A stretch of DNA of 64,000 nt from Bilabrum cf. latius (lineage: Eukaryota): the NCBI GenBank assembly GCA_965178125.1, contig OZ237747.1:1-64000 (forward strand), read 5' to 3'. The notes beneath the pieces were generated by a model. That model did no database searches and was not told the DNA's origin. It saw only the letters and a list, made by a program, of their open reading frames with translations. Made by a program: the position numbers and the translations under genes. Positions 10,794 to 24,187 of the stretch are shown here, piece after piece (within the stretch, counting starts at the first letter, position 1; each line of letters opens with the position of its first letter).

Positions 10794-13700
10794 TCACTCC
10801 CCACTTGTTTTTAGAAGCTTCGCTGCTTTCTGCTAGGCTTGGCTCCAGTTGCGTCTCAACGCAGCAAGCGTGCCAAAGATCTCCTTTGGGGATGTCGTCG
10901 CGTCCTGGCGAAGGTACCTAACAAGGCCCGCAAAAGACCGAAGGGCATCGTCATACTCAGCGTTGAGCTGCCTGACGAGCCCCGATGCTTGCTACGTGAA
11001 CAGGGGCAACCGGAGCCTGGCGAGGTGATCCAACTCGGAAGAACTACGAATCGATGCCATCGACAAGGGTTTAGGCGAACCCTGGTGCTGGTCGCCACCA
11101 GAGGGAATGCTTGCGAGGCTTACCCCGGATGCTGCTCGAGCCGGTCGAGTTCCCGCGTTTGAGCCTGGTTCGCTGCTTGCTTCGGCAGCCGTGTCCCCGC
11201 CCACAGCCATCCCCCCTGTCCCGGCCGCGCTGGTCGAGGACTCGGCGCGGATCCGCCCCGACCAGGACCCCTCTGCCCTGATCTGCTCCCGCACGGCCCT
11301 CTCTGCACCCCTAAGCCCGGTGGAGAGCGTCGCTTTCATGGCGTGCAGGTCCTCGAAGGTGAACAGGCTGGCCTCCTGTGCGGAGCCCAGGCTGCTGTCC
11401 ACGTCCAGAGCTGACAGGTGCTATGCACCGGCCCTGGCGGCTGAATCGGCCAAAAACTGCAGGGCGGTAGTCTTGTTGTCGAATGCCTTTGTCTGCCACG
11501 CCGCTTTGACAGAGTCGAGGATGAAGCCCTCGCGCAGCTGCTGGTTCCCATTCATGCGCTCGGCGAGAGACTGCAGTCCAGACAAAAGCTAGCGCAACGC
11601 TCTGCTGCTCCTCGCCCCGGCGATTGCACCATGGATGACCCGCATCTTGCTCCAGCACTCCCACAGCCTTCCTCCGAAGGTGGCTTGGAAGTGCAGCGCG
11701 CTGGCAGAGGCCATCGGGTTGGGCAGCTCCCTTAGCGCGTGCACGAAGCGCTCTGCCTCCGCGAGATCCTCCACCGGCCCAGAATACTGGCGCAGCGTAG
11801 CCAGCTCATCCTGCGTTGGGATGACCGATACTAGCAATTCCAAGCTTTCCACACTGAGCACTCCCAGATGTACCGTATCGACACGAGAAGCAGCTGCCGA
11901 CTCGGTATCACGGCACCCAGAAGTTGCCGCGATGACAGTGTCCTTCCCAGCAGATGAGAGCACGCACGTTAGCTCCCGTAGGCAAGTTGCTAGCACCCGC
12001 GGCTCGTGCTTTAATCGCTTGAGGGCAATCCCAAGATTGGTAGCTCGTTTGAAGTCCAGCAAGCGCACCTTGCCCTGCTTACCTGCCGTGGAAGAGCCAC
12101 CTGGTTTTGGCCCGCTGCCGAGTGCCCCCGTCCTTTTCTTGGATTTCTTCTTCCTAGTCATGGTAAACAGCTTCTCGAATAGCGACTTATCGAACCCTGG
12201 GATTAATTCGGCTAATCCTGACGGCTTGGGCCCCCTGATCGATTGGGAAGTAGCCACATCGTTCACCCACACACACTCCGCAGGTGCTGCTCGGACGGCT
12301 GCCTTCGAAACTGGCTTCAAAAAGAGCCTGCGCCTGACTAGCTTCCGCTCTTGCCGTTTCTGCTGCGCCCGGGCTTGGATCTTCCACTGAGCAAATGAGA
12401 AGCCGTGGAATCGCTTCGGAAGTGGCTTCTTTGGATCGCAATCCAGCACATCCGGAATGACGTTGGCAGCTTGCATGGCCTCAGCAATAACTTTACGCGG
12501 CTCCCCAGCCGCCAGTTGCTGGAAGAACGGACCGTAGCTGCTGTGCTTGGACAGGACAACCGTGAGATCCTCAGTGCTTGCCTTGGCGCGTGTGCCTTCG
12601 GCTGATTCGGCAGCCTTAAACGTTCCAGTTGGCACGGGCTTGTCCGGATCCAAATCTGCCAAATCTACATCAATACCCTCCGCTCGCATCTTTGCTTCAA
12701 CTGCTCCCATCGGAACTCGCATTTTAAGCATGCGGAAAAACCGTGCAAGCTTCGGATGATCTCTGGCTGGCCCAGTGAAGCTATCTTCGACCGCTTGGGT
12801 AGGTCGGCGTGAATCCATGCTCTTGCGACTACCCCCAGTCTTGCCACCCCTGTTCCGGATCTCTGCAAGGAGCCCTGACATGGGCCCAGCAGATTTGGTC
12901 TATGCAGTAGACTCATTTAGCACGACTGGTGGTCTACCTGGCCTGCCCGGCCCACTTGCTGGAGGCCTACCTGGCCTACCTGGCCTGCCCGGTCCACTTG
13001 CTGGAGGCCTACCTGGCCTACCTGGCCTGCCCGGTCCACTTGCTGGAGGCCTACCTGGCCTACCTGGCCTGCCCGGCCTGCCCGGTCCACTTGCTGGAGG
13101 CCTACCCGGCCTGCCCGGCCCACTTGCTGGTGGCCTACCTGGCCTGCCCGGTCCACTTGCTGGAGGCCTACCTGGCCTGCCCGGCCTGCCCGGTCCACTT
13201 GCTGGTGGCCTGCCTGGCCTGCCCGGTCCACTTGCTGGTGGCCTGCCTGGCCTGCCCGGTCCACTTGCTGGTGGTCTGCCCGGTGTACCCGAAGCGACTA
13301 GCTAACCCGAACCAGCCGCGTCGCTAGCCCGCTCAATGGACTACAATGCACCTCCACTCAGTGTTGGAATATCGCGGCTACTTGCCTATGTGGAGGTGCT
13401 GACTGCAAGTTGTGATTGCATCGACGCATCTCCACCTGTTGCTTTCTGGTCTTGCGACAACCCTAACATGCTTGCTGGCGGGGCAGGCTTGTGCCGACTC
13501 GGTGGAGCTGGTGGTTGCACGCTCAGATTGGAAGCTGCGACCACATGCAATGTACGCTTAGCACCACCTGAAAATGCAGCAAAAGAAGTTTCATGTTTCC
13601 CTATAGCCAGTCTTGATTCCTTCAGCACCTGGAGTACTCGATGTGCAGCTCTCGCACTGGCCATCGCATGGCTGACTTGGACATCTCTACCGGTGTCTTG

Positions 13701-16364
13701 CTACACTCGCGTGCTAATCAACTTAGCTGACTCCTCCAGGCTGACCGCGCCGTCGTCTATTTGCAAGATTGCTGGAAGCAAATCAACCTCCATCCCTAAA
13801 ACAGCGGCTGCTGCGGCTGCGGCAGCAATCGCGGCAGGCGGTCTCACCGCCTGGACGGTTCTAGAGGAGTCCGCAGCGCCTGATGTTCCTGCCGCAAATG
13901 CCGCTTTTGCATCCATTCCATCTGAAATCTGACGAACTAGGCGTTCAATAGCAGGTCGACTTCCTTCCGGGCATTGCTGCTTCCAGTCACGCAGCAGCTT
14001 GTTGATGTCAGGTGCAAGTGATGCGTGCAGGTCTGACGCAGATGGCGAGCGGTGTGCGTGGAACACCACGCTTTGCTGAAGCCCCCTTTCATCACCTAAT
14101 TCACTAGCGCCCCCCCTTCCTTCGAGTCCATCCTCATATCCATGTTTGAGGCTAGGCGAAAATGTGCTTTCAAGCGCTTCGATAGCTCTTCGGGAAGTGG
14201 ACTCAGCGGGTTGAGGCGTGTGCATACCGCTTTCCAGCTGTTGCGAAGCAGCGGCGGTCGGCGATGCAAAGCCGCTTTCTTCACTAGATTGTGCTTGTGA
14301 TGCCGAGTCGATCCGGCCTTGAACCGTATGCAAAGCGTGAAACAGTGGCTGGAGTATCCTGCGAGCCTCTCGCTACGCCTCAAGGGCCGGGGCAGACGCA
14401 AACAGTCGAGCACGTGGATCCCTGCTGGCTGCTTGAATCGGCGACACTACTGCATTTCTGGACTGCAAAAGCCTTAACAGGCATTCTGCATCACGTTGAC
14501 TGATGGCAGGCGGCGGTTTGTCTGTGCGTGCATCATGCAGCTGCACGGGATCTGTGCTCGCGAGACCATGGCGGCTACGCCCATCCGTACTGATTGCTTG
14601 GTCTGACTGCAGGCCTGAGGTTGATGACGATTCGCTTGGAATACCAGCTGCACTGGGTGGGAGTGACTCTATTGGATCCTGAGCAGAACTAGCTGATTGG
14701 AACGCAGCGCCATCGTCGTCGCCAGGCCCGGCGCTTCCTTCCGACTTGAGCGGCATGGACCCGATTCCAGACAGGAAGGGGTCTCGCAGCAGCTCGGCGG
14801 CCCCAATCATCGAGTTCCTGGATCGCTACAGGGCAACTACCATCGCTGCTTCGCTTACTTCGGGGAAGGAGTGCCTGAGCGTCATGATGCCGCCCACGTC
14901 AGGAAACACGTGGTGGGTCGAGCTCATCACGCTGATCCCAGTCTGCAACGCCTGTGTTCCGGCTAGTCCCGTCCATCGGTCAAGAGAAAACTGCCCCTAT
15001 TGCTCCATTTCGGCCAGCAAATCGCCAGGGGCCGCTCTGAGAATGAGGTTCATCTCGAAATCCCTGGCTGGCACGAGATCAGCGCGGAATATGTCGACGT
15101 GGTCCTCCCTCAAGGGGATCACCTCCAGCTGGCCGGATGGAAGCATTGAGGTGTGCAGTGCAAAACGAGCAAGAAGACCGTCCGTGCTACCGCCGTGTGA
15201 TTCTCGATAGCGGCTGCTTTTCCTCTTCAACCGGGGGCCCCCTCCCATGGTTCGACCAGCGCTGCCGCCCCCTTGTGCCCGGCTGCTCCCCGCACCACTA
15301 GAAGGGCCGATCTCAGGATCGTCATCCGACCAAGCACCCACGCTTGATTCATCGCTTTCGCTGCCCGTGCCACTAGATGACCCTGCATCTGCTGCTGCAG
15401 CGCGCCTGAGCCGCCGTCGCATGCGTGCCCCCGCCGCATGGAGCAGCTCGGCTGGAGCACGCAGGTGAATCTGGACATCGCCACACACAGGCCGACCGAC
15501 ATCAACAACTAGAAGGCCTTCCATCCAACCGACCGTGGCCCCCCCGTCTGCCCCAGATGCCGCCTCCTGTTCCAGAGGGTCGGCAGAGCCGCGTGCCTGG
15601 GCACCACTGGCAGCACGCACTTCCTAGCGCTGGGGGAGCGACGAAGAATCGAACACTTTCAAACCGTCCTAATAGATTTCAATAAATGGCGGCGGAGCAT
15701 TCAAACCCCCAAGCAGCCCGCCCGCATTGATCAATAGCCTGTCAATTATGTGGACGCGCGGGCGAGACGGTTTCGTAAACAGCGCGCCCAAATTCAGAAG
15801 CAGATACCTCCAGGAGCGCATAAGCTTTAGCGAATCCCTACCCAGCCTCGCACGAGCAAATAGTTGCAAAGATGACGCAGTGTCGTGCCGGATCCCTGCA
15901 AACACAAGGTATGCAGCCACAATGAACCCCGACAGTCGTACGCCGTCCGAGCAGCTGACGATTGCGACGTGTTTAGGGTGCCAACAAAGCCATGCATGCA
16001 GCGAGTAGCAAGCGCTGAAAGTGTCTTTTATGGATGGAACCATTTCCTTGCTATCAGCGCGAAACATGGGACGGAAATGCAGGACTTGGCCGCCTAAGTG
16101 GGCGTTGAAGTCTAGCTCGTCATCGTCGGCGTCGGAAAAGTTAAAAAGCAGGAAGTTATCATCAAACCGCCTTCGAATAATAGCCGACATGCTTTCAATT
16201 GAATTGATACGGCCATCTGCTTCAAACTATCCCATGACATAAATCCTAGGCGTCACCTAGGTGAGGTCCGTGGATTTCTTCGTTTCGTGATGTCTTGACT
16301 AGTGGTGTGGGCCGCTGAGACTCGACTGGCTGGCACCAAATAATCCACCGAACCAAAACGACAT
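10794..16364 (-). CDS. Formin with N-terminal PTEN-like and C2 domains, atypical FH1, WH2-like and CCDC53-like motifs, and FH2 (~1856 aa, 17 in-frame TAG)
   Basis: One frame without TAA/TGA joins ORFs 15669-16190, 14997-15620, 14373-14810, 13701-14333, 13386-13664, 11589-12881 and 10992-11402. PTEN-like [32 protein letters not shown]2 PFIEIY*DGLKVF; FH2 [41 protein letters not shown]. Confidence 0.9.
12929..13282 (-). repeat. Coding tandem repeat (PPASGPGR[PGR]n) in the FH1 position of the formin
   Basis: Modular repeats of CCACTTGCTGGAGGC and CTACCTGGC/CTGCCCGGC on the + strand. Confidence 0.85.
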
Positions 16365-16588
16365 ATCAGGCCATCGAGTATGCCTTCAATACATCCATTT
16401 TTGTTGTAGTTTCAATGCTTTGCCAACGGTTTGAAGTGAGGTGCAGTTTCACACAACAAAATCGTACTTTACCAAGCAGCCCCAAAGAACAGCCCTGGCA
16501 CAGGAAGACAGCACAAGACAATAGGAAGCCTACCAAGTCACTTGAAGTGATTCCAGATAACAAGTTAAGGGATAGTAGAGAAAGAGAT

Positions 16589-19207
16589 ATGTCATCATGG
16601 AGAGGAGCTGCGTGAGTTGTCGCGATGCAGTTTGATTTTGAACACGTCTCTCGATAGCAAAAGTTTTGGCCACAGCCGGTGATGATATCATAGAATTCGG
16701 TCTAGCTCTTGCATTTGCTGCGTATTGCAGGTCCCGCGGAGCCCCAGCCGGCGCTTCTGGGGAAGGCAAGTTCCCAAAGCGTTCTGGCGGGCAGTCTGCT
16801 TTCGGCGGCAGCAAGAGCGGCAGGGGTGGGCCCCGCGATGGAGCCGCGCCAGAGTCAAAAAGTGCGTTTGGATCGTCTCCCCGACCATCTGGTGGAAGCA
16901 AGTTTGGCGGTAAGGGGACATCGGAGCGTTCGGCATGGGCAGAGAGAGGCAGTCGCCCGGCAGGGCGACAGGAAGCACCCTCTGCATTCCAGACTCGCAC
17001 GGTCGGCCCTAGTGCCGCAAAGCCAGTTGGGGGAAGGCAATTTGAGACATCATCTGCATTCGGGGGATCGAAGCGGTCAGCCGATGATGCGCCGAAATCG
17101 GCGTTCGGAGGTTCAAAGCGGCAGGAGACTGACGCTTCTCGATCGGCATTCGGGAGCAGCCGCCGCCCCCCCGCGGGCGACTCGCCAGCTTTCTCCAGTC
17201 GAAGGGCGGATGCCCCGCAGGCGTCATCTGCGTTCGGCAAGCGACCACCTGCAACGGCTGGTAGCAGCGCATTCGGTACTGCCAGGGCGGCCGGGAAACC
17301 GGCGGATGCGGGGGGATTGTTCAGCAGCAAGCGACCGGCGCAGGATGGGGGATCGAGCGCGTTCGGTAGATAGCGGCCCAGCCGTGGTGCGCCCGACGCT
17401 GGAGGTATCTTCGGGTCAAGCCGGCCCTCGCAGGACCGAGGTGGCAGCACTGCCTTCGGGTCCTCCCGCCCCTCGCAAGACTAGGCGAGCAGCGTCTTTG
17501 GGTCGTCCAAGCCTCGTCAAGGAGGTGCTTCTGGCGGGACGTTCGGCTCATCCAGGTTCGGCTCGTCCCGCGGCGGCTCGAATGCAGGCGTGCCCGAGGA
17601 GGTGGTGGAGGAGGTGCAGCAGGTGGCAGTGCCCAAGGCCCTGCAGAACGCGCAGAAGCAGGCAGGCGCTTCCTCGGCCGATGTGTCGGTGCAGAAGGGC
17701 CCGACTGCGGACAGGAAGTTGCTCGAGGAGGCCGCTCAGCTCAGCCCGAGCGTGGCGATGTCAACATTGAAGGCTAGCGTGGACGGCATGCTCCGTGATT
17801 TGGCAACCACCATGGACGTGGATGGGGCTGTGCGGCAAATCGTGGATGCCGCCAGGGGGTCTGGTATGGCAGAGTTCCGCTCGGAGCTGGTGCGCATGTC
17901 AGCGCGTTTCGCTGCCGATGCAGACAACGCTGCTGTTCGCGTGCGTGCGGCCCAGCTGTTCCGCGTGCTATTGGAGGGGGCCTCTGCGCAGGAGCGAGAG
18001 GCAGCCCGCAAAGCCGAGCGCAGGGCCAAGAAGGGCAGGAAGGGCGCCAAGGGAGGGGCGACGGGGGAGCGCGCTTTGTCCAAGGAACAGATGGAGCCGC
18101 TTGTGAACCTGGTGCAGGTGTGCACTGGCATCGAGTCAGTGGATGCCTAGATCGGGGAGGGAGCAGGAGCTGGCGCAGCTTCAGGAGCCGGAGAAGAGGA
18201 TGCCGCGAGCCGCAGGATGCACCTGGCGCAAACACTGGCGATTCTTGTGCAAGACGGCGTGTTGGATCGCCGGGGCGTGCCAAGCGAGGGCACGCGGGAT
18301 CTCCTGAAGCTTGCGGGCGTGCGCGGCGTGGTCGATCCTGCCGTGGCGGCCGCATCTGGCATTGATAGCGCATCGGCCGAGCAGATAGCTAAGGAGACCG
18401 TGGATGACTCTGCCAGGGGCAAGGATGCTCTGGCGGCGCTGCAGACACGCCTGACAAAGTATGAGGAGGCCGGCTTCGTCTTCCCTGAGGCGGACATTGC
18501 TGGAGCTCTCATGCAAGCAGCAGCACATGTGAGTTTCCGACGCATACCATCCCGCCCGTCTCGCACTGCGCATGCCTGCCGTTCCTATTGATGCATACCA
18601 TAGCACACCGAAGTGGCGGACCCTAAAAGGGCTACGATCAGAGCTTGGTCCGCCGCGCGATTGAGGATACCCCGTGCTTTCCTAAGGGTCTGAAGGAATG
18701 GCTGCGAGTTTGCAGTTGTCATCCGTGCGCCTTCTTGCTAGCATTATACCTCTTCTGACAGTTTGCAGCTTTGCACTCTCTCCGTCTTTGCATCCTTCGC
18801 AGCACGCGCTCGCCAACGGAGAGCTCACGGTGAAAGCGCCCTGGCTCGGTGAGTCTGCCTTTGGGGCGCTCTTCGAGGAGTTGCTGTGGGAGAAGACTGG
18901 AAGCGCGTCCGCAGGGCTGCATGCTTTGCAGGGAGTGCTACACGAGGCCGATTTCCCCCCTCACGTGCTGGAGGGCACCATGCTAAAGCTGTACCGGGAG
19001 GAGATAGTGGAGGACAAAGATTTCTTGCTCTGGGCCTCGGATACGACTAATGAGACGGCTGGCAAGTCCCGTGCGCTCTCGCAGCTGCCCAGGTTCTTGC
19101 AGCGAGTGAAGGAGGACATGGAAGAGGATGAAGAAGAGGATAGTGATGATGATGAGGGGGCGGACTCCGGCGAGAGCGATGCAGAGGAGGACGACGACGA
19201 GGAGTAA
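16589..19207 (+). CDS. Translation-factor-like protein: SAFG-repeat N-terminus, MA3-like helical domain, C-terminal W2 (eIF4G/eIF5-C) domain with acidic tail
   Basis: Introns 16612-16730 and 18529-18802 (GTGAGT..CAG). TAG at 17371, 17482, 18148. W2-like AA-box LKLYREEIVEDKDFLLWA..FLQRVKEDMEEDEEE; TAA stop. Confidence 0.75.
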
Positions 19208-19372
19208 ATTGAATCAGCCTGATAATTCAGAGTGCATGATACGCGACAGAATAAAACACGGAATGGATCCAATTTGAATTCACATAAACTCCCAATTCCG
19301 ATTGGTCTCTCAGTGCGAAAGACGAAGCTGCTGTGCTGTAGCAAGTGCTGCCGCTCGTACACCTCGTCGATC

Positions 19373-20371
19373 TTAGCCCATCTTCATCGAAGCTAGCAAA
19401 TTCTGTTGCTTGGCATCATTGATGAAGTCGGCTATTTCCTACACATCATCCAAGAGATCTACACACGGTATAGATAACACCTGGGGCCTCGCATTGACAT
19501 CGACGAAGCAGATATTGAGAGTGTCTATGCTACCACAGCTTGTCGGACTGAACTGGACCTCTACATCTGCCCTAGACAAGTACATATTTTCGATAGTCAT
19601 GTCCAACAGGCTAAGAAGCTGCTAGTACCTAACAACAACATCGCCAGACTTGAAAACAAGCACCCCTTCTTGAAACTCCCCGTTTTGTAGTCGTCTGCTG
19701 TGCTCGTCGCGGGCTAGGTACGCCAAGTACACGCAGTAAGCGCATGCTCCTACCCTGCAAATACACAAGCACGGTTGTAACGAAGTCAATGTCTCTCCAA
19801 GATAGGCTAAGCGGGGCTCGATACGATTGCGATACAGTCCCAGTGGCTTATCCTCACATGGCTAGACACCCCACAACCAAGAGGCCTGCCCGGGCTCCAC
19901 CCGAGCTGGCAGCACCAACACTTATGAGCAGAATGCCAAGTGCTGCGCCGCCCCAGGCTGAGTACCAGAAAGCAGGCGGATACCGCAAAGCTGCCTAGAA
20001 TACCTGCAGGAGGATACATTAAGGCTTCGAGGTGGCATCCGGCTTGCGTAACCACGGAAACAAATACAATTTGCACAACCAGCCCGAAATAACATTGTCA
20101 GAAAGGATAGCTGTGGCTAGGATCTGTGTGAGGACACCGGTGCAGCCGGTTGGGACAAATGAACGATGCTAACATGGGTACCATCGGGTAGTATTTCGTC
20201 TCTAGGTTCCGCATCAAACTCATCAAGCAAGTTTTCGGCTATTGCCATAAGTTCAGGGATGCCTTCGATGCGATCGTGAAATTGTTTTAATCCTGTATCT
20301 GATTTATCTTCAATCATCTTCGTTACTGTACAATGCATTGCATTGCACTCTAGCTGTGGGTTCTGATCCAT
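19373..20371 (-). CDS. Hypothetical two-TM membrane protein (3 exons)
   Basis: Exons 20371-20174, 20003-19858 and 19754-19373 splice in frame (GTTAGC/GTGAGG..CAG). Hydrophobic GGAALGILLISVG and GLLVVGCLAMVGACAYCVYLAYL; in-frame TAGs; TAA stop. Confidence 0.6.
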
Positions 20372-20466
20372 TCTGGCGTCTGACTTTTACTAGACAGAGT
20401 GGCGGTTCTCATCGCTGAGGTGTACAGCGACAGTAGAATGCATGATCATTGAATTTAGTTGCGGTG

Positions 20467-22047
20467 ATGGACGGAACAATGAGTGAATTACGGGGCTTTT
20501 CAATGAAAGATGCTGCCGAGCACGCCTAGCAGCTTGAAGCGGCTGCTAGAAGCTCACATGCCTCCATGATCATGTTGCATGCTCAGCAAGCACCTATGCT
20601 GCAAGGCAAGAAGGCTTTGAATCGAATCATACGAGCACTACTTGATGAGTGGTTGGCTCTAGCTGTGCCACTCGCCACTGCGGCTCCACTACGAACTACA
20701 GTGCCGAAGGGTTGGAATGATGTCCCTGTTCCTGCTGTCCGGATAGGGAGCATATGTGGCATTGATGTGATTGCATGTAAAGCACCTCTGGGGAACAGAT
20801 TCTCTCATAAAGTCCCGAAGAAGCATGCATGGCGCCCTGACCTGGCGGCAACTCTGCGACTGTACTCGATTCGAGCTGTCGTCGATCTAACCCTGGCGCG
20901 GGACCAATCGTACTGTTGCATGAGCGAATTCGGTCCAGGCATCTGTGGGTACTTCAAAGTACCTCTGGAATCACGAAGGAGTGGCGGTCCAGGGACATCC
21001 GAGCTACATCTGGCTGTCGCCTTGCTTCGCCGGGCATGCACCATGTCCGCAGCCCCCCTGGAAGAGCGGGCTGGCACGGCAACACCAAGCGAGACTGGAT
21101 CGAGTATCACAGACAAGGTACAGTGTAAGGCTGTGGGATGCCAGGTGTTCTGGCAGCATGCTGACCAGTGCGTGGGTGCTCGGGAAGCACAGAGCAAGGC
21201 CAGCGTGTCTGCTTCGGCCGTCGGAGTGGGTGCTTGGGAAGCATAGAGCATGGCCAGCGTGCCTGCATCGGCCGCTGCGAAGCAATCTATGCCTACTGAG
21301 TCAAGTACTGCTACCGCCAGATCCGGTCGCTCGGCGCTGTGCTGGTAGCCCCGTTGTATTTCAGGGCATGCGAGGGGGCACGTGTGCAGCATCGCGTCCC
21401 TGCGGCACAGGCTCCTTGAGGCCGATGAGAAGCACGGTAGGAAGCCTGCGGTGCTCCTGCACTGCACCCACGGCATGCACCGGACTGCTCTCGTCTGGTG
21501 CTTGCATAAACTCACTCAGACAGACCGAGCTCCGCTCAACGAATTGGCGGCCTCTAGCACAGGGTAGAAACGAGCTGCTGCTCTGACTGCTGCTTGCGAG
21601 GCGTCAAGCCAAAGACGGTATCAGCCGGTGCCCGCGGGCCCGTCCAGCAGTCGCACCCCTGCGGGTGACACGCCCCGCGAATCTGGGGTAGCAGCTTCAG
21701 ACTCCGCCCCTGGCCCTCGATCCGGGCAGGAGAGTGGCGCATCGCACCGCAGGGGCCTGGAAGAGGGCAGAGGCGTCCCTTTGGTCACGATACCCGCGAA
21801 GAGGAAGGCACAGGACTGCATCGAAATTCAGAGTGCTGGTCCGAAGCCTGAAGCAGCGCGCAAGCGCAGGCGCGTGGAGGATGCCGCCAGCGACAGGCTC
21901 CTGACAATGAGGGAGGCTGCTATGGATGCACTGAAAACCTTTCAGTCTACGAGAGGGTGCCGATTCCAGTGGCCGTTGGAATCCCTAGCCGAGACGTTGG
22001 CACGCGCAGCACTGGCTAGCAACCGTGAGAGGGGTGGATCGTTTTGA
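20467..22047 (+). CDS. Cysteine-phosphatase RNA 5'-triphosphatase family protein (DUSP11 / capping-enzyme TPase-like)
   Basis: IACKAPLG..F...VP....W.P, AVVDLT and catalytic loop VLLHCTHGMHRT. TAG at 20527, 21244, 21346, 21565; TGA stop. Confidence 0.75.
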
Positions 22048-22103
22048 TAGACATCCTTAGGGAATATCAGACAACTGTGCACAAGTCTCCGAACAAGCGC
22101 AGT

Positions 22104-22584
22104 TCAATCATCTTTTCCAGAGGCTTCACCCTGCTTTTCAGCGGCCTCAGCTGCCTCTGAGGTACTCTTTCCCTTCGTTGCTGACCTGGCTGCCATGTAC
22201 TGGTCAAGTTCAGAGTCCATGCGTTTCTTGGCTTGTTCAGGTATCTGTATAAACATGAAAGGAGCGTGCCGTTGGATTCAACAAATGGCGATCACACATG
22301 TGAGCTTGGCATTGGCAAGCTCAGGCGACGTCGCTCACCCTGCTGAAATACTTGTCCAGTTCATCATCAAGGGATTTCGGGTCCGAGTCGGAGCTCTTCC
22401 CAAACAGTGGCTTCCCCTTCGGCTTCACTCTTTTGCCGGATCTTTTCACCGAGCCAGCCTGCGGCATGGAAGTGTTGCCTCCTCTCTTGCGTTCGCGCGG
22501 TTTCTCTGCAAAAAACAATGGGTACTGAGCAAAGCTGGAAGAATGAAAAAGTAGACACGCATGGACGGAAGTTGACAAGTCCAT
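22104..22584 (-). CDS. Small protein with duplicated FoP/CHTOP C-terminal (UAP56-binding-like) motifs; 5' end uncertain
   Basis: KSLDDELDKYF and RMDSELDQYMA joined across intron 22245-22338; TGA stop. Confidence 0.6.
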
Positions 22585-23107
22585 TACATACTGGGCATTA
22601 TTAGTGTGAACGGCAGCTACAATAAAATTGTTGGAGTAAAGAACGTTCTTTCAGGTTCCTTCCACGAATCGTTCGTTCGTTCGCTGGGCAGTGGCCTCAA
22701 TGGATGCAGTATCGACCACGGGCTGCTGGACCACGGCACGCACGGTGCTGATCCGTCTCGGCCCCGGGCCCGTCCAGCATCCCCCCCTTTCCTCCCGGGC
22801 CACAGCCACTGGCAGGAATTGATGTCGCCGCCACCCGGATATCCGTCACGAATTGCTTTCACTGATTGCTGTGATCTGGCCGCAACTTTCCTAGGATGAA
22901 GGGAATCCCAGGACTTTTGCAATCCCACTAATGGGATGATTAGTCCGCTCATGGACGGAATAGAGTGCAGCTCCAGGAGACACGCATCCTGCTTTGGTAC
23001 GCTCTGCACTGCGGGCTCCACGAGAGGCCCGCCTGGCAGCCGATCGCAGTGCCGAAGTATCCGCTACTTAGTGACCACGGACGAAAACAAAACATTGGAT
23101 CCGCTGG

Positions 23108-24187
23108 TCAGTCGGGCTTGCCCGCTGCATGGGCTGCAAAGTACTGGAAGGGGGGCCTACCCGGGACTCCCTCCATGCGGTGTCCCACTAGCTCGAATCC
23201 AGCCATTGGCAGTGAATAGGGCAGGGCATCAGAGCCAGTACCCACGCCCTCGCAGCTATCGCGCGCATTCCGCACTTCCAAGCACTTGCGGGCCATCGAT
23301 GCGTTGAATCTGGTCATGGGGTGCATGGAGGAGGCGGCAAGGTCCTCGGGGGTCATCCACTGCGCCGCCTCGATCTCGTGGCTGCACTTCGTGATGGGTG
23401 GGGGCTGCTCGGAGGCGTCCTCTGATGGATGGCTGCTAGAGGGCAAGGGCTAGCCGTCCTGCAACAGCTCCAGGAGGGCGATAAAGTACACGTCTGCGAG
23501 GTGCTGCGGACCCACGTCAGGCAAATGCCGGAAGCCCAGCACCGAACAAAACTTGGAGTGCACCCCGGTTTCCTCGCGCACTTCCCGCTCTGCACAACTA
23601 CCTATGGATTCCTTCCGATCTAGCACACCTCCGGGCAGCTTCCAATTGGTACGCTTGCCAAAATCTTTCACTACCAGCAGCTTACCGCTTGGTCTGTGAA
23701 GGACGATCCCGCCGACGGCAATCTACGTGTGCGGCGTAGCCGGGACTCTCTGCGAGGTTTCGGACATATGTACGCAATCTCAACACATTGTTGGTGCGCC
23801 TCAGGCTGAATATGCGTACTCGTGGAGAAAGCTTCAAGCTCTAACATCCTCTACATCGGGTCGCAGCCACGAGTACATGCGAATGTGGTCGTCGTGTATG
23901 CTGTGCGCAGAGAACCCAGCCGCTTTAAGGCTAGCTGCAATAGCTCCGTACTCGATTGGGACCTCAAGCCACAGTGACTGCAATCCTTGCTCGAGCGCAG
24001 TCTCAGTAAGAGCTTTGGGCCACTCTGGGGCGAGGCCCTGCAAGTCACTCCAGGAATCACGCGGTACAGCTCTGGCGGCCTAGAATGGCATCTTCTCGAA
24101 CCGCACAGGCGGGTACGCGGAGCTAGTAATACTTCGCGCGTGCTTGCATACTCGCAACAATCTACGATGGAAGCATGGTCGATGCAT
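23108..24187 (-). CDS. Nudix hydrolase, NUDT6-like, with putative mitochondrial presequence
   Basis: Nudix box WKLPGGVLDRKESIGSCAEREVREETG; N-terminal LWLEVP..GF..H..MYSWL; intron 23750-23845. TAG at 23723 (PHT*IAVGG, cf. NUDT6 SHQVGVAG) and 23450; TGA stop. Confidence 0.85.

Noticed and set aside
16227-16259. TAG = Tyr (PTEN-like DLT*VT aligns to DLTYIT) or Leu/Pyl
   Set aside because: This is a single site in a divergent pseudo-phosphatase, outweighed by many Gln-diagnostic sites, the polyQ context and the CAG/TAG repeat interchange.
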